NCBI RefSeq assembly: GCF_006345805.1
Contig: NC_043006.1
Span: 56,296,001 to 56,360,000, forward strand
From: Octopus sinensis
Taxonomy: Eukaryota
DNA: 64,000 nt
Direction of reading: 5' to 3'
This document shows, piece by piece, positions 24,656 through 37,699 of the stretch. The number at the start of each line of letters is the position of its first letter. Position 1 is the stretch's first letter. The notes under the pieces were generated by a model. It saw only the letters and a list, made by a program, of their open reading frames with translations, had not been told where the DNA came from and searched no databases. A program made the position numbers and the translations under genes.

Positions 24656-27180
24656 CTAGCTGATGTTCCCGGTAATTCTTGGGGGCAAAGATGTTCTATT
24701 GAAACGCCTTATAATTCTGATGATATAAGAAAGCAATTTCGTTATAATTGTCACAAAAGGTGTATTTTCCGTCGCTAAAAAATACAAAAATACAAAAACA
24801 CTGTCATCTGAAGGAGGGAGAGAAAGTTGGAGGTGGGGTGCGGGAGAGGTTTTCAGAGGGTTGCTAGAAAGATTGTCGTAGGTTGGCAAGAGAGGTTGTC
24901 AGAGGGAGAAGCATCTTTGTTCCAAAGTTTCAGTCTTGCAGGGCTTCGTGATACACAGTGCTTTTAGTTTTGCCATTCGGTACATACATGAATAAATTGT
25001 CTGCATTTCTAACTCTAGAGCATCGTACATAGAGCTGTCCGTGAGAAAAATCAGATTCTGCAAGATTAAGGCCTACCACTTCCAATGTCTGACCCTGTGC
25101 TTTGTTGATGCTCGTTGCAAAGCTTAATCTCAGTGGGAATTGTAGCGTTTTTAAATCAATTTGTGTGTCGGAAGGAATCAGAGGAATCTTTTAAATGAAA
25201 ACATCTCCACCACTTGCATTCCCAGTCAGTATTGTTGCCTCCAACACTGTCTGCTTGAACGTCTCGATGTCTCGTGCCACTGCATAATTTGGGGGATCGA
25301 GGTTTATTTGTTTATTTTGTCGCAGCTTCGACAAAATAAGATTGATAATGAATGTTTTGCTAGTTTCACCTGGAAAATTGAGAAAGAAGACATTACCAGT
25401 CTCGCTGTGAGTGGCTGAAATAATGGATTCGAAGGTAGTGTTTATTATCAGCCACAAACGCTGTCATTTCTTCGACGTCATATTTGATCTCCCGTACATA
25501 TTCGATGTCAAGGGTTTCAGATGACACTTCTGGTTGAGGCAGACCAAAAGCTGCAGATCCACTGCCACCCACGGATTTCACTCGGTTGTCTAGGTCATTG
25601 AATGCCTCGTTGAAAATAGCCTCGTTGTATTCAACAGCTTCCGATGGGCTCTGCCTTTAAATTCTGCATAGTATATCCTCTGACATGCTTTCTCTGTAAT
25701 TCTCCCAAAGCGTTACAGGATCACTGAAGGCACATGTCATAAACATGATGGAGAATAATTAGCGTAGTTGAGTTGGCATTTTGGCGACAGAAGTCTCGTC
25801 GAGTGTTTGGTGCCAGTGAGCATCATCTTCAAGTGGTCCATGTTTGGCAAAGGCCGCCCTAAATTTTGAACAGAGCTCTCGCAGATATGGAAAACATGTG
25901 GGACCTTGGACAGTGTATAGGAGGAGACGTAAAAAGGAGTACTCTTGTTGATTTCGATGGACTGTGTAAACTCTCCCAATAACATTGCTTTGAAATATAT
26001 TTTCTGCTTCATAGGCGATAACTGGAGTTCCATTTATACGTTTTACCCATTTATTTCCTGACCAGGCGTAATAGACAGGTACTTCAACATAAAGCAGGGA
26101 TCGGGCAAAATTGTCTGTTTTGCATAGGTCGAAGAAAGCTGTAAATATTGTTTTGCGGGGTTGCTGAAATTGCTGTTGAGCATTATCTTCCGGGAAATAA
26201 ACACGCTCTCTGCTTTCAAGATGAACAACTAGACTCACAAACATTGGATTCCGTCGAATATACGCCAAATCGCCTCGTTTGATGATATGCATCTTCCCGG
26301 TAGATAACGTCTTATTTCATCCGTTTGCTGTTCATGCTCATTGACTCCAAAAACTGCTGTATTAGACCGCTTGTTGATCTATTTGCAGATGTATTTTATG
26401 CTCTTTACAGAATTAGATGATTCGACGTTGATGTGTGCCTCAAACATTTTCGATAGGAGTTTGTTGTAGAGTACAATCTATCTGTTATCCACTCCAACTT
26501 CTTGCTGGTGTGTTTTCAGTGTTGCAGTATACCCGCCATGTTCAGGTTTGAGCCGCCTGTAAAGTTGATAACCGTTATATCCAGCTCTTGTTTCTTGAAA
26601 GAATGGTCTATACATATTACTCTCCATGCAAGGATATAAAGGGTTAAAACTTCCAGAGGGCCCGTGAATCATGAGTTTCTTCACAATGTTGTAGAGCTGA
26701 GCGTCTTGCTCTGGGTTTGGGAACTCTGCAGAAATAATGTCATCAATCGAATCTGGAAATATCCTCTCCTTGCACCATATGAGCCTATGCAAATTAGGCA
26801 GACCCTGTTTCTGCCATTCGATTGTGTACACCGAAGCATTGAGATCACCAAAGATTTTACCATCTTTGAGCAGCCACAAAAGTTTTTGCTGTTTCAAGTT
26901 GAAGACCCTTGCAATTATGTCATGTTTATCACTGCTGTGTTGACCTTCGAAGAGGTAGTGTAGAATTTCTTGCCATTTGGGATTGCAGGTAAAGGTGAGG
27001 AATAAGTGAGGTCGACCGATAGGCAGCCAGAAGGATAGACATATTGTTGAGAACAAATGATTTCGTTGAAGGTCTGTTATCTCCATTCCAGCCCCTGGCG
27101 GCCTAGAAGAGGTTAGAAGGGTCAAATGGCGAAGGCATTATTCTGCTTAGCGAAGGCATCTGGGAAATGTATAACTGCTA
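24656..27180 (-). mobile_element. Decayed Helitron (Rep and helicase fragments, CTAG 3' end)
   Basis: PHLFLTFTCNPKW, ARVFNLK, YTIEWQKQGLPNLH (Rep); DPP/GETSKTF Walker A relic; CTAG ending at 24656 followed by T. Confidence 0.92.
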
Positions 27181-27681
27181 TCATTCACAGAAAAAACTAT
27201 TGTTTTACCGAGAGAAAAGTGCTGTTGAAGAGTTAAGTGAAATTTGGCAACTGAGAATCGAATCTACGCTATGCCTGCATGAAACCACTACAAATACGTT
27301 GTGGAATAAAAAAATTATCTACTGTCATGGAAAAAGTGTAACTTAGAAAAAATGAAGAATTATCAGAGTAATGGGCATTCAAAAACGTATGTATGTATAG
27401 AAATGTATAAATGAAGTATTTAAGGTTTAAGATTCAAATCAAGGAAGTGCAATAATAATGCTTAGCATTTCAAAACCGTGACTAGTGAAATTCAAAATTA
27501 GGAGGGCTGATCGTGTGAATCAAATATTGATCACTTCGCTCAAAACTGTAGGTTTATTTCCCTTGGTTTGTTTAAATAAAATATTAATATGTAATAGATA
27601 GAAGGATCCATTGTAGGGGCCCTGTTGTCGGTTTTTTCAAGAATCTAAGTATGTCACAATGTTTCCAGACATGAGTTCTAC

Positions 27682-28330
27682 TCACGTGCCAAATAAAGTA
27701 TACAAGTGATATTGTCTGCAAAAATTAGAAATTGGACGCACAAAAATCAATATTGAAAGTAATCGAACATAATGATCGCCTTCATTTCTTCCACACCAGA
27801 ATAATAAGTATCCACCTTTGCTTTCTTCTAACTGTGATGATCCTGCAAGATGAGTTTCACTGAGTGCAGCTATTTCAGTGTTGTATTTCTTTAGTTCAAG
27901 GGCAACTAGTGCTGCTTTTCGGTCTGGTGCTGAGTCATTGGCTTGGAGAGTGCGCACATTCCAAGAACAAAGTTAATATTTTTAGATTTCTTCCTGTTTC
28001 GACTGCGTTACTGAATAACCAGACAGCTGCTGCAGGCTGACAAGTTTAAGGTGCATAAGCAATATTTGGAGCTCCTTTCTCGCCCCTTTCCCTGTTGGGG
28101 AAAGCAGTGTTGTGTCTAAATAGAACTGCTTTGTCACCACTGAAGGACATAGACAGCACAGTTATTCACAAGTTCTGTGCTGGAACGGCCATTACCCTAT
28201 GGTTGCTGACTGTGTAGACATTCCGCAAGAGACTTCTAGTAATATCTTTTACCCGTCTGTGCCGCTTTAATTCTCTCGCCAGAGGACTTTTTGATTTTTT
28301 GCAAGTTGGAACTGTGCCGTATTGAATGAA
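27682..28330 (-). mobile_element. RTE-BovB-like LINE 5' end (UTR plus APE endonuclease start)
   Basis: WNVRTL..PDRKAALVALELKKYNTEIAALSETHL..GYLLFWCG. Confidence 0.85.
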
Positions 28331-28404
28331 TGAATATATACTTATATACGCACACACACATATAAATACGCATATATATATATATACGTAAATATATTTA
28401 CGCA

Positions 28405-28470
<66 letters not shown>

Positions 28471-28654
28471 TATAGGTATATTTATATATATGTATATATA
28501 TGAATATATATATGTATATATATGAATATATATATACACATATATATATATGTAAATATATGCACACACACACATATGCACACACACACATATATATGTA
28601 TATATATATACATATGTATATACATATTTATATATATACATAGATATATATACG

Positions 28655-28688
<34 letters not shown>

Positions 28689-28921
28689 CGTGTGTGTGTG
28701 TGTATGTATGTTCGTATGTATACACGTAGAAGAAGAGAGTTTATAGTTATGAGCAAGTCACGGTTATGACTAAGAGTGTTTCAAAACCGTTATATGTTTA
28801 GAAATAGCAATCAAAACCGCGATAAAGCCATTTAAATCACTCATATTGTTTATTTTCACGATAAAAGCTGTCTGCGGGCGATAAGCTAAATAGAATCCAT
28901 AACTTTAAAATAACTGGTTAA

Positions 28922-28984
28922 TTCCCTATTGCAATGTCGACGTTAGAGGAACCATTAAAGGAACCATTCGTCTCTTCAGCGGAA
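28922..28984 (-). ncRNA. Hammerhead-like motif, one core substitution
   Basis: TTCCG-CTGAAGA-GACG..CGTC-GACA-TTGCAA-TA-GGGAA. Confidence 0.55.
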
Positions 28985-29562
28985 TATGCCTGTAGATAAA
29001 AATGAAAACAAGATATCACCTTGGGGCTAACAGCTATCCCGACCGGCTAGAGAAATGTGTCTAGCTCTCTCTACACATTCAAGTTATGAATCCAAATGCC
29101 ATACACAACGTTTATGAGAAAAGACGTAAATTCGAACCACCGCAAAACCACTGGATATGAATTGTGAAAATGTTTGGCCATTCATATATTCATAAATAAA
29201 TATTAATTGTTTATAATATATCCTCGGTAAAGTATTTTTACATTACTTTTTAATCATTTAATTTTTATTGAACCTTTGCAAAATACACTATCTAGATTCT
29301 TTCTTTTACTCTCTCTCTCCTAAAACTTTCTCTTTCTCTCGTTCTGAATCCATAGACCTTCATATTTCTTCTCTACAGAGTTAAATATCGTGTTTTTGTG
29401 TAATACATTTTTGCTTCTCTGTCCCTAAAGTCATATATTTCGATTCTTTGAACCTTTGCATAGCAAGCTATCAAGACTCTTTCGGTCACTTACTCGCCGT
29501 CTCTCTTTCTGTATCCATTTTCATTTTCAGTGCATAACATCACTTTTCTCCCTCCCTCCCTC

Positions 29563-29598
<36 letters not shown>

Positions 29599-29635
29599 TC
29601 TCTCTCTTACCTTTTATTCTACGAAAAATCAACAC

Positions 29636-30436
29636 ATGGACACCAACAACCGCAAATTCGTACAGGGTGAGATCCAGGTAAACAAAATACAAAAGATGTG
29701 TCGAAATTGGCAGTTCGATGAGTTCCAACTTTATATTAAAGTTTGGAGCTGGAGTGAAGTTTCTCCGTCCAACAACTTGATAGCAGTAGCCTTGAAGAGC
29801 TATGGTTATGACAGATCCATGGCGTATATTATGCGAAAGAAACAAGAGTTCATATGCTCCTATGCTCTTGTCAAGCCTCATATCGACCAACTAGAAAGCA
29901 TAATGAAGGAAACAGAAGTATTCAATCACGACCCTGAATGGCTAGAAACCAATGAAGGACGAACGGACAGTTTCATAAAAGAAACTGCAAATATCACTGG
30001 CTTGAAAAACAGCACTGGGAAAGAAACTGCGAACAACCCTGCCAGCAGCAACAGCGGCAATAAGAACAGTCAAAGCTGGACTGTGGTGAAAAACAGAGGC
30101 ATATAAGAAACTGATACAACCAGGAAAACTGATGCCCGGAAGTCCAAAGGTAACCAGGTAAAAACAAAAAACACTACAAGGAAAAGCAAAGAGGCTCAAG
30201 GACAGAAACTGATAGAGTCCAACAAAACCAACAAAAACATCAAGTATGGATCTGTAAGCATAAATATCTGCAGGGAAATCATGAAGCATGTATCTCCAAC
30301 AGGAAGAAATGCGTCTCAAAAGAGTAGTAAAAGAGATCAACGCATGCACTCTGCATCACTCAATAAGCAATATGCAGATATTGCAAGAAGTGCAGCTATC
30401 GAAAAACAGTCTTTTTTGACGTGGCCCAGAAGATAA
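29636..30436 (+). pseudogene. Unassigned 266-codon frame with one internal stop; possible retroelement ORF1 relic
   Basis: ATG at 29636, TAA at 30104-30106, frame stays open to TAA at 30434-30436; non-microsatellite composition. Confidence 0.4.
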
Positions 30437-30890
30437 TGCAGCAGCTAACATGAATGCAAACTCAAAGTCGTGCATTTCCAAGCACAAGACTTTCTTTAAA
30501 CATAAATCTGTCTTCAAATATCTTATGCATATATATATATCATATGCCTATGTATGTGTATGTGTGTGAGTGCGTGTGTTTGTGTGTATAATACACAATC
30601 GCATAAGGGATTTTCTGCAATCTGAACTTTCATTTGTAGATCGTTATTCAAGCTTTATTACAGGAAATCCATGTATAAATAAATATTTAGAAATTAATTC
30701 GATTCTACTAAAAAGTATGAAGTTTTTTTTTTCATTAGTAAATATTTACATTTTACATCTGTTTATATGTAATTTAAAAACCACAACACTAATGTCTATA
30801 TGTGTGTATGAGTGCTTACTCATGCATGTATACACTCACATACACATGCCTATGTATATATACATGTATATATACATACATGTATATATA

Positions 30891-30933
<43 letters not shown>

Positions 30934-31050
30934 TGTATGTATGTATATGTATATATGTTTATATATATATATATACATATATATAGAGATAGATAGATAG
31001 ATAGATAGATAGGTATATAGATACATATATATATATGCATATATACATAC

Positions 31051-31096
<46 letters not shown>

Positions 31097-31097
31097 A

Positions 31098-31380
31098 TTC
31101 TTTTATTCTTTTACTTGTTTCAGTCATTCGACTGTGGTCATGCCGGAGCACTGCTTTAAAGGATTTTCAGTCGAAGAAATCGCCCACATGACTTATTCTT
31201 TGTAAGCCTAGTACTTATTCTATCGGTCGTCTCCTTTGCCGACACCGTTAAGATACGTGCCGTAAACACACCAAAACAGTTTGCAAAGTGATGGTGGGAG
31301 ACAAACACAAAAAAATAGATACACATACACATATCCATACATACACACACACACACACACATACACACACAAACACACAC

Positions 31381-31455
<75 letters not shown>

Positions 31456-31622
31456 TATATACATACACGATTGGCTATTTTCTATTTCTGTCTGCCAAAT
31501 CCACTTTCAAGTCTGTGTTCGACCCGAGACTGTACAATATACTTGCCCAAGTTTCCATACAGTAGGACTGAACTCGAAACCATGTGGTTGGGAAGCAAGC
31601 TTGTTGCCACACAGCTACGCGT
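31098..31622 (-). mobile_element. Diverged SINE family 1 with expanded internal (CA)n/(TA)n
   Basis: Tail, body and head motifs are recognisable. Confidence 0.85.
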
Positions 31623-31864
31623 GTATGTATAGTTAATATATTGTCTTTGTACTTTTTACATATACTTTTTGTATGCTACATTTATAACAGCAATGGTGAT
31701 TTCATTTTCATATTTCAAGAAAGTTCTTCACGAAATGACTCCCATACCGAACAACTGAAAATGTTTTCCCATATTCATGAAATTATTGGATATCATTGAG
31801 ATCGTGTGTTTAGCATTATTCCATGCACACTCACGCATACACACACACACACACACACACACAA

Positions 31865-31904
<40 letters not shown>

Positions 31905-32668
31905 GTACACACACGTATACGCGTGTTGTGAAGTTCAACAAGTAGTAGAGCACTCTATAAGTTAAGAGAGTAAAAGTATTATTTATAAAAATCACACAAA
32001 ACCATGTTAAATTTAGTACCTGAGATTCCTGACCGGAATATTGAATATATTTTTTTACAATTTCTCAAGCTGTTAATGCCAACGTGGTGTCTTAGCAACT
32101 CTGTATGTGAAGTTTAAATGAGCACACGCTGTTTTAGAAACACAGAGAGCGATAAAGGTATGATTATTCACTGAACAGTAATTACAGCCAGGCTCTAACA
32201 AGAGGCAAAAATTTCGTACATCAACACAAAAGACACAAAGAAACAAACCGTGCCCATCTAAATGGAATTATAGCAGAAGTTGAGATATTGGAGGGTTGTC
32301 AGTGTTTATATGTTTGCGAATCCAAGTGTTTATATAGTTCTGGTGGTTCAAACACCAAAAGGAAAATTTCTCATCCTGTTCACCCTTCACGAAGTATATT
32401 TTAGCAGAAATTAAAAGCAGACCACAACGCATTAATTTGGTTGCGATTCTATCGAGCTCTAATCATCGAATATGTTCCCCCTTCATTACCATGTCCTTAG
32501 CGATATATCCATTGATTTCACCTGTTTATACAACTTCGAAGTTTTCTATCCAAAGTATTTTAACGCAATATTTATAGATTGCTTTTAGATTTATCTGCCT
32601 CAAAATTCACCGATCCAAAAATACATATATATACGTTTGTATACATGAGTGTGTGTGTGTGTGTGTGT

Positions 32669-32713
<45 letters not shown>

Positions 32714-34061
32714 TGTGTGTATAATTATTTATATTTATATATTTATAATTATAAATGTACATGCAGGCACACCTGTAATATTTATAATTCAGAATGACAA
32801 CTTTTCGTCTAACCGTGTTGAGCAAGCACGACCGCTCTTGAGTAGAGTCCTGATAGAATGTCGCTTGCTCTGTGCAGTATGACCTCAATGCGGAAGTCTA
32901 ACATAACCCTAAATATCAAGCTCGGCTTTTTTTTTTAACATGGCTGTTAAATTGGACCTACTATAACGAAATGAATGTTACTACATCCTGAAGCTTAGTC
33001 TGAATAAGTCTCTGGCTGTGTGTTACATCAAAATACTGCGTGTAGTACTTAACATCAGGGAGAATGAGCACATTAATAATAACCATCGGTAAAGGTAGTT
33101 ACCGGGGCAGTGTGAAAAAATAGTAGCTAGAAGAATGAACTTGGTTAACAACTGCCAGAGACACCGAAGGAAAGAGCAGCCGACAGAAGCATACGTAGGT
33201 ATACTCAAGAAAGATGAAGAAGCCATATATATGGAGACATAGGCGGCTAAATGGAGGACTCATCAGGCTGGGGTAGTGTAAAACTCATACCTTCTCTAGG
33301 TTCTTTGTTCGACCACAAAATAGAATAAAAAGTGAAACCATTAACGGAAGGTGTTTATGTGATTGATCAACTTGCTACAAATAGAAGCTACATTTTCTTA
33401 AAAAGCACACGTATTTTAAATTAAAGAAGGACACATTACAAATGTACAAAATCAACGGGATGTTCGCCTTCAAAAACAACAACAAAAACAACACTAGCAC
33501 TGCTACTTAATCCATTTCGTCATTGAATTTTATTGAAATGAAGTAAGTTTCATTACTATATTTGATATGCAAAATTCTTAATTGGAGAATGTTCGTTGAA
33601 ACATATTTTATTGTAATTCCCATCCCAAGTAACTGTAAGCCCCTACTAACCGTCAAAAACGTAGACTTATTTCTGAAGCAAATTCAAAGCAGCTGCATTT
33701 CACAAATAAAACGTAACCTAATGAACGCATTATTTTGTTGTTTTTACATTAATCACTACCCCCATTATCGCCCCACTTTTCAACACGCCCAAGGAACTGT
33801 CCATTTTGGGAACCACTGATTTAGTCGTTAAACCCTTAAAGGTGATGCTCTGGCATGGTCAGAGTTCGGTAAATGTAACCAGTAACAATAAAGGAATGCC
33901 TATTTTCTGAAATATGTAACATGTTACAGCAGTTATAGTGGAGACATTATGACATAGTGGACAAAGTATCTTCGCGAATCAGCTGGAAATGAAATTGCTA
34001 TCAATATCTTTGAGCATGTAGAAATGTCGAATCAAATACCTAAGATTCCATTAAGGTGGCG

Positions 34062-34210
34062 AGCTGGGTTCAAATTTCGCAGAAGCCGACTTTGCCTTTC
34101 ATTCTATTGAAGTGAATAAAATAAATAGAATTTGAGTACTGGGGTCGATTTAATTGGCTTACCCATTCTGCTGAGATTGCTGGCCTTGTACCAAATTTTG
34201 AAACTAATAT
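34062..34210 (+). mobile_element. SINE family 4 fragment
   Basis: ggtggcgagctgg..gttcaaattt..gactttgcctttcat..ggggtcgat. Confidence 0.7.
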
Positions 34211-34269
34211 TTACTTCCTATTTTCTGAATTTGAAATACTGCCTGAGACAACTTTACCTCTTAATTATT

Positions 34270-34500
34270 TTCTCGGTAGAATTGATACCTGTGTGTGGGG
34301 AGGGGGTGTATGTGTGAGAGAGAAAGAGAAGGATGGGAGAGCGCGAGGTAGAGAGAAAGAGAGAGAGAAAGAAAGAGAGAGTGTGTGTCTGAAAGAGAGA
34401 GAAAGAGAGAGAGTGTGTGTAAAAGAGAGAGAGAGAGAGTGTGTGTGTAAAAGAGAGAGAGAGAGTGTGTGTGTGTGTGTGTAAAAGAGAAAGAGAGAGA

Positions 34501-34537
<37 letters not shown>

Positions 34538-34640
34538 TGTGTGTGTGTGTGTAAAAGAGAGAGAGAGTGTGTGTGTGTGTGTGTAAAAGAGAGAGAGAGT
34601 GTGTGTGTGTGTGTAAAAGAGAGAGAAAGAGAGAGAGAGC
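34270..34640. repeat. Compound (GT)n-AAAA-(GA)n tandem array
   Basis: Direct reading. Confidence 0.9.
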
Positions 34641-35329
34641 TGAGTAAGAGGGAGCAAAACAACGAATATTCCAATAGCGCTGACATTTGCAAAGACCTGT
34701 TCCTTATATTTCATATTTGTCATTCAGCATCATTGACAAACAGCTGCGAATGTCACTTCTAGAAACATCGCATATGCCACTGCTGTTCTCTTGGCGACTA
34801 TTCCTTTTTGATAGAACAATATTCAGATAGGTTCTGTTCTCTTCCGTTTGATTATTATTTTCCATAACAATAAAGAGAAAACATCTTTGTGCTTTAACAA
34901 TTATTTCACATTCGCTTTAATCTACTTATGCTTTCTTCTATTTTTAACTATCTGAAATCCTCCTATGGGGAAGCTAGAGGTTTCAAAGCAAGACTCTTTC
35001 GCTTTGGTTTCGCTTTGATACTCATATCAGCATGTCAGCTGGATTTAACGAGGGTACATACTGATTCGTGTCTGTTGCAAACAACAATATTCGGCTTGTT
35101 ATGTTTACATTTTATAGCTGTTTTAAAGGGAATACTCCACCAATATTCCTCGTGTTAATGACTGTCTATGTATTCAATAACAGGATGTATGTATGTATGT
35201 ATGTATGTATGTATGTATGTATGTATGTATGTATGTATGTATGCATGTATGTCTGCATGCATGTGTGCATATGTGCATGCATATATAATTATGTATGTGC
35301 CATCGTTGGCTTTATCTCGTATCCGAGAA

Positions 35330-35720
35330 ATTAATTACTTCTTTTCTGAACGCTTCCTTTATGGTCATGCCGTTGATGACTCTGTAAATCAATTCTTGCA
35401 TAGAAGTGTCCATGGCATTGGAGGACGACGTTGATTTTCTCGAGCCTTTTCCTTTTGTCTTTTGATCGCTTCCTTTTCGCTTCTGATGGTTTCGAAATTT
35501 TCGGTTCTGATAGTGATGGAACACTGCCATTTGGTACAATCTCGGGCTTGTGTTTCAACAAATTTAGGCTCAATTCCAATGGCTTTCACTGTTGATTTGA
35601 ATTGCTCCTTTTATGTTTCAAGCACGCAACTCTTGGTCTTCTTCCTGAAGTGAGCTCACTGAATGAGACTTGGTGTAGGACCCTTGACTCTTCCATTCTT
35701 GCTACATGACCTGACCTGAC
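35330..35720 (-). mobile_element. RTE-clade LINE 3' end
   Basis: GHVARMEESRVLHQVSFSELTSGRR; CHGHFYARIDLQSHQRH. Confidence 0.8.
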
Positions 35721-35788
35721 CGTATTTCATGCGTCTGGTTTATATATATAGATATATATATATATATATTATATATATATATATTATA

Positions 35789-35997
35789 GGAGGAGACCCC
35801 CTTTGGTCATGAATGACCATGGAATTGCACCTAAAATTTATCCTACGAGGCACAAGTCCGGGCAAGGTCGTTTGTAGAAGGCCAGCAGTCCCCATTCATA
35901 CCAGCCTCCCCGCTCAACACCACTGATATTATCCACGGGAAAGGCAAAGACCGATACAGCTTGGCACCAGTGATGTCGCAACTCGTTTCTCTACATC
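35789..35997 (-). mobile_element. SINE family 2, cut by assembly gap
   Basis: Aligns with 46551-46890. Confidence 0.85.
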
Positions 35998-36097
35998 NNN
36001 NNNNNNNNNNNNNNNNNNNNNNNNNNNNNNNNNNNNNNNNNNNNNNNNNNNNNNNNNNNNNNNNNNNNNNNNNNNNNNNNNNNNNNNNNNNNNNNNN
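35998..36097. other. Assembly gap (100 N)
   Basis: Direct reading. Confidence 1.
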
Positions 36098-36517
36098 TGC
36101 CGATGCTATTAAGTTAGACATGGCATGGACCAATACTTCACGAAACTTATGAAAGTATATATGTGTATATATATATAAATGTGTGTGTGTGTGTCTGTGT
36201 CTATGTATATGTATGTATATTTATATGTGTATGTATATATAAATAAATATGTATGTTATATATATATATATATATATATATATAAGTATATATAAATGCA
36301 TATATATATATATATATGTATATACACGGGTGTGTATAGTTGTGTATAGAAGAATATATTACGCAAAGAAATTCCAACTTTGATTTTCAGGTTTTATTTA
36401 CAATAGTATAATAATTTAATATAAAATGATATAACATAATGAAATGATAGAATATTAAATGCACATTCTGATTGAACTAGTACTGTCATGCATTAAACTA
36501 TGCAGTCTTCAGGTTAA

Positions 36518-36559
<42 letters not shown>

Positions 36560-36654
36560 CATACATGTAAATGTATATAAATCGATACACATGCATACAC
36601 ACGCACAAGCACACGCACATACACACACACACACACACAAAACATACACATGTA

Positions 36655-36780
36655 TGTATTAGTCGGGCCTCTCTTAGTTTTCGTCAAGCATATTCACTAT
36701 GGGGCTATAGTAGAAGACGCTCAAGGGACTGAACCTGAAACTTTGTTGTTGGGAATCAAACTTCTTACCATACGGCTGCA
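36655..36780 (-). mobile_element. SINE family 1 head fragment
   Basis: ggctatagtagaagac..gggactgaacc..cttcttacc. Confidence 0.7.
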
Positions 36781-37610
36781 ATTAGTTATTGTTTGTTTAG
36801 TAACTTTTTTTTTAACAAGTACTTCATATGTGGAGAAAAATCGCTATGCTCTTTCCAGGAGTGATTTCATCATTCTAATGTTGTTGCTGTTTCGGCATTC
36901 ACTCAGTCAGTGTAGGAAGATGTAAACGTTTGTGTCTATGATGTATATTTACGTAATGTATCTGTTATTTTTAATGTGAATACGTATCTCTAGAAATGGA
37001 GTCATTATAGCATTGTTTTAGAAGTTGGATTTAAGTACTGAGTTGTCCTCAAGAGCTTCCTTTAGTGTTTTTGGCGTCTTCCTGTGAGTTCATTATAACT
37101 ACTATATTGTTTACGTATCCATATTATATAATATTCTCCTAAAAAACAGACGATTAATTATGGAAGCAATAGTTACAAGTACTCAAAATAAACGTATAGG
37201 CAATAATTACACACACACACCCACACACACTCATCGAACCTAAAAAACACGATAAGCACTTGACTAACAACGAGTAATTCCAACGGCTTGATGACGTAAA
37301 ATTCTGTCCAATTTTGGCGGGAAAGTCAGCATAAATAAACGCCGATCTCTATAAATCGAAAGGCAGGATAGACAATTCAACAGCCTTTCATATGGAAACG
37401 TTAACTACAATAAATTTAATGATATTATCGCCTAATCAAGCTGCAAATGTCTGATAAGTCAAAATGAAAACAATTCTAAGGAATATGGATTAACCTGGAA
37501 CATAGTCCTGTTCATTTTTTTTCTCTAACTACCAGCCTGCATACATATTATGTATGTAGATATGTGCGTGAATGTGTATTAAATATATATATATATTATA
37601 TATATATATA

Positions 37611-37649
<39 letters not shown>

Positions 37650-37656
37650 TGTGTGT

Positions 37657-37689
<33 letters not shown>

Positions 37690-37699
37690 AGACGGTGTA

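Noticed and set aside
35330-35580. NGSVPSL resembling a THAP-domain AVPT motif
   Set aside because: The other frames show it is an RTE LINE 3' end.
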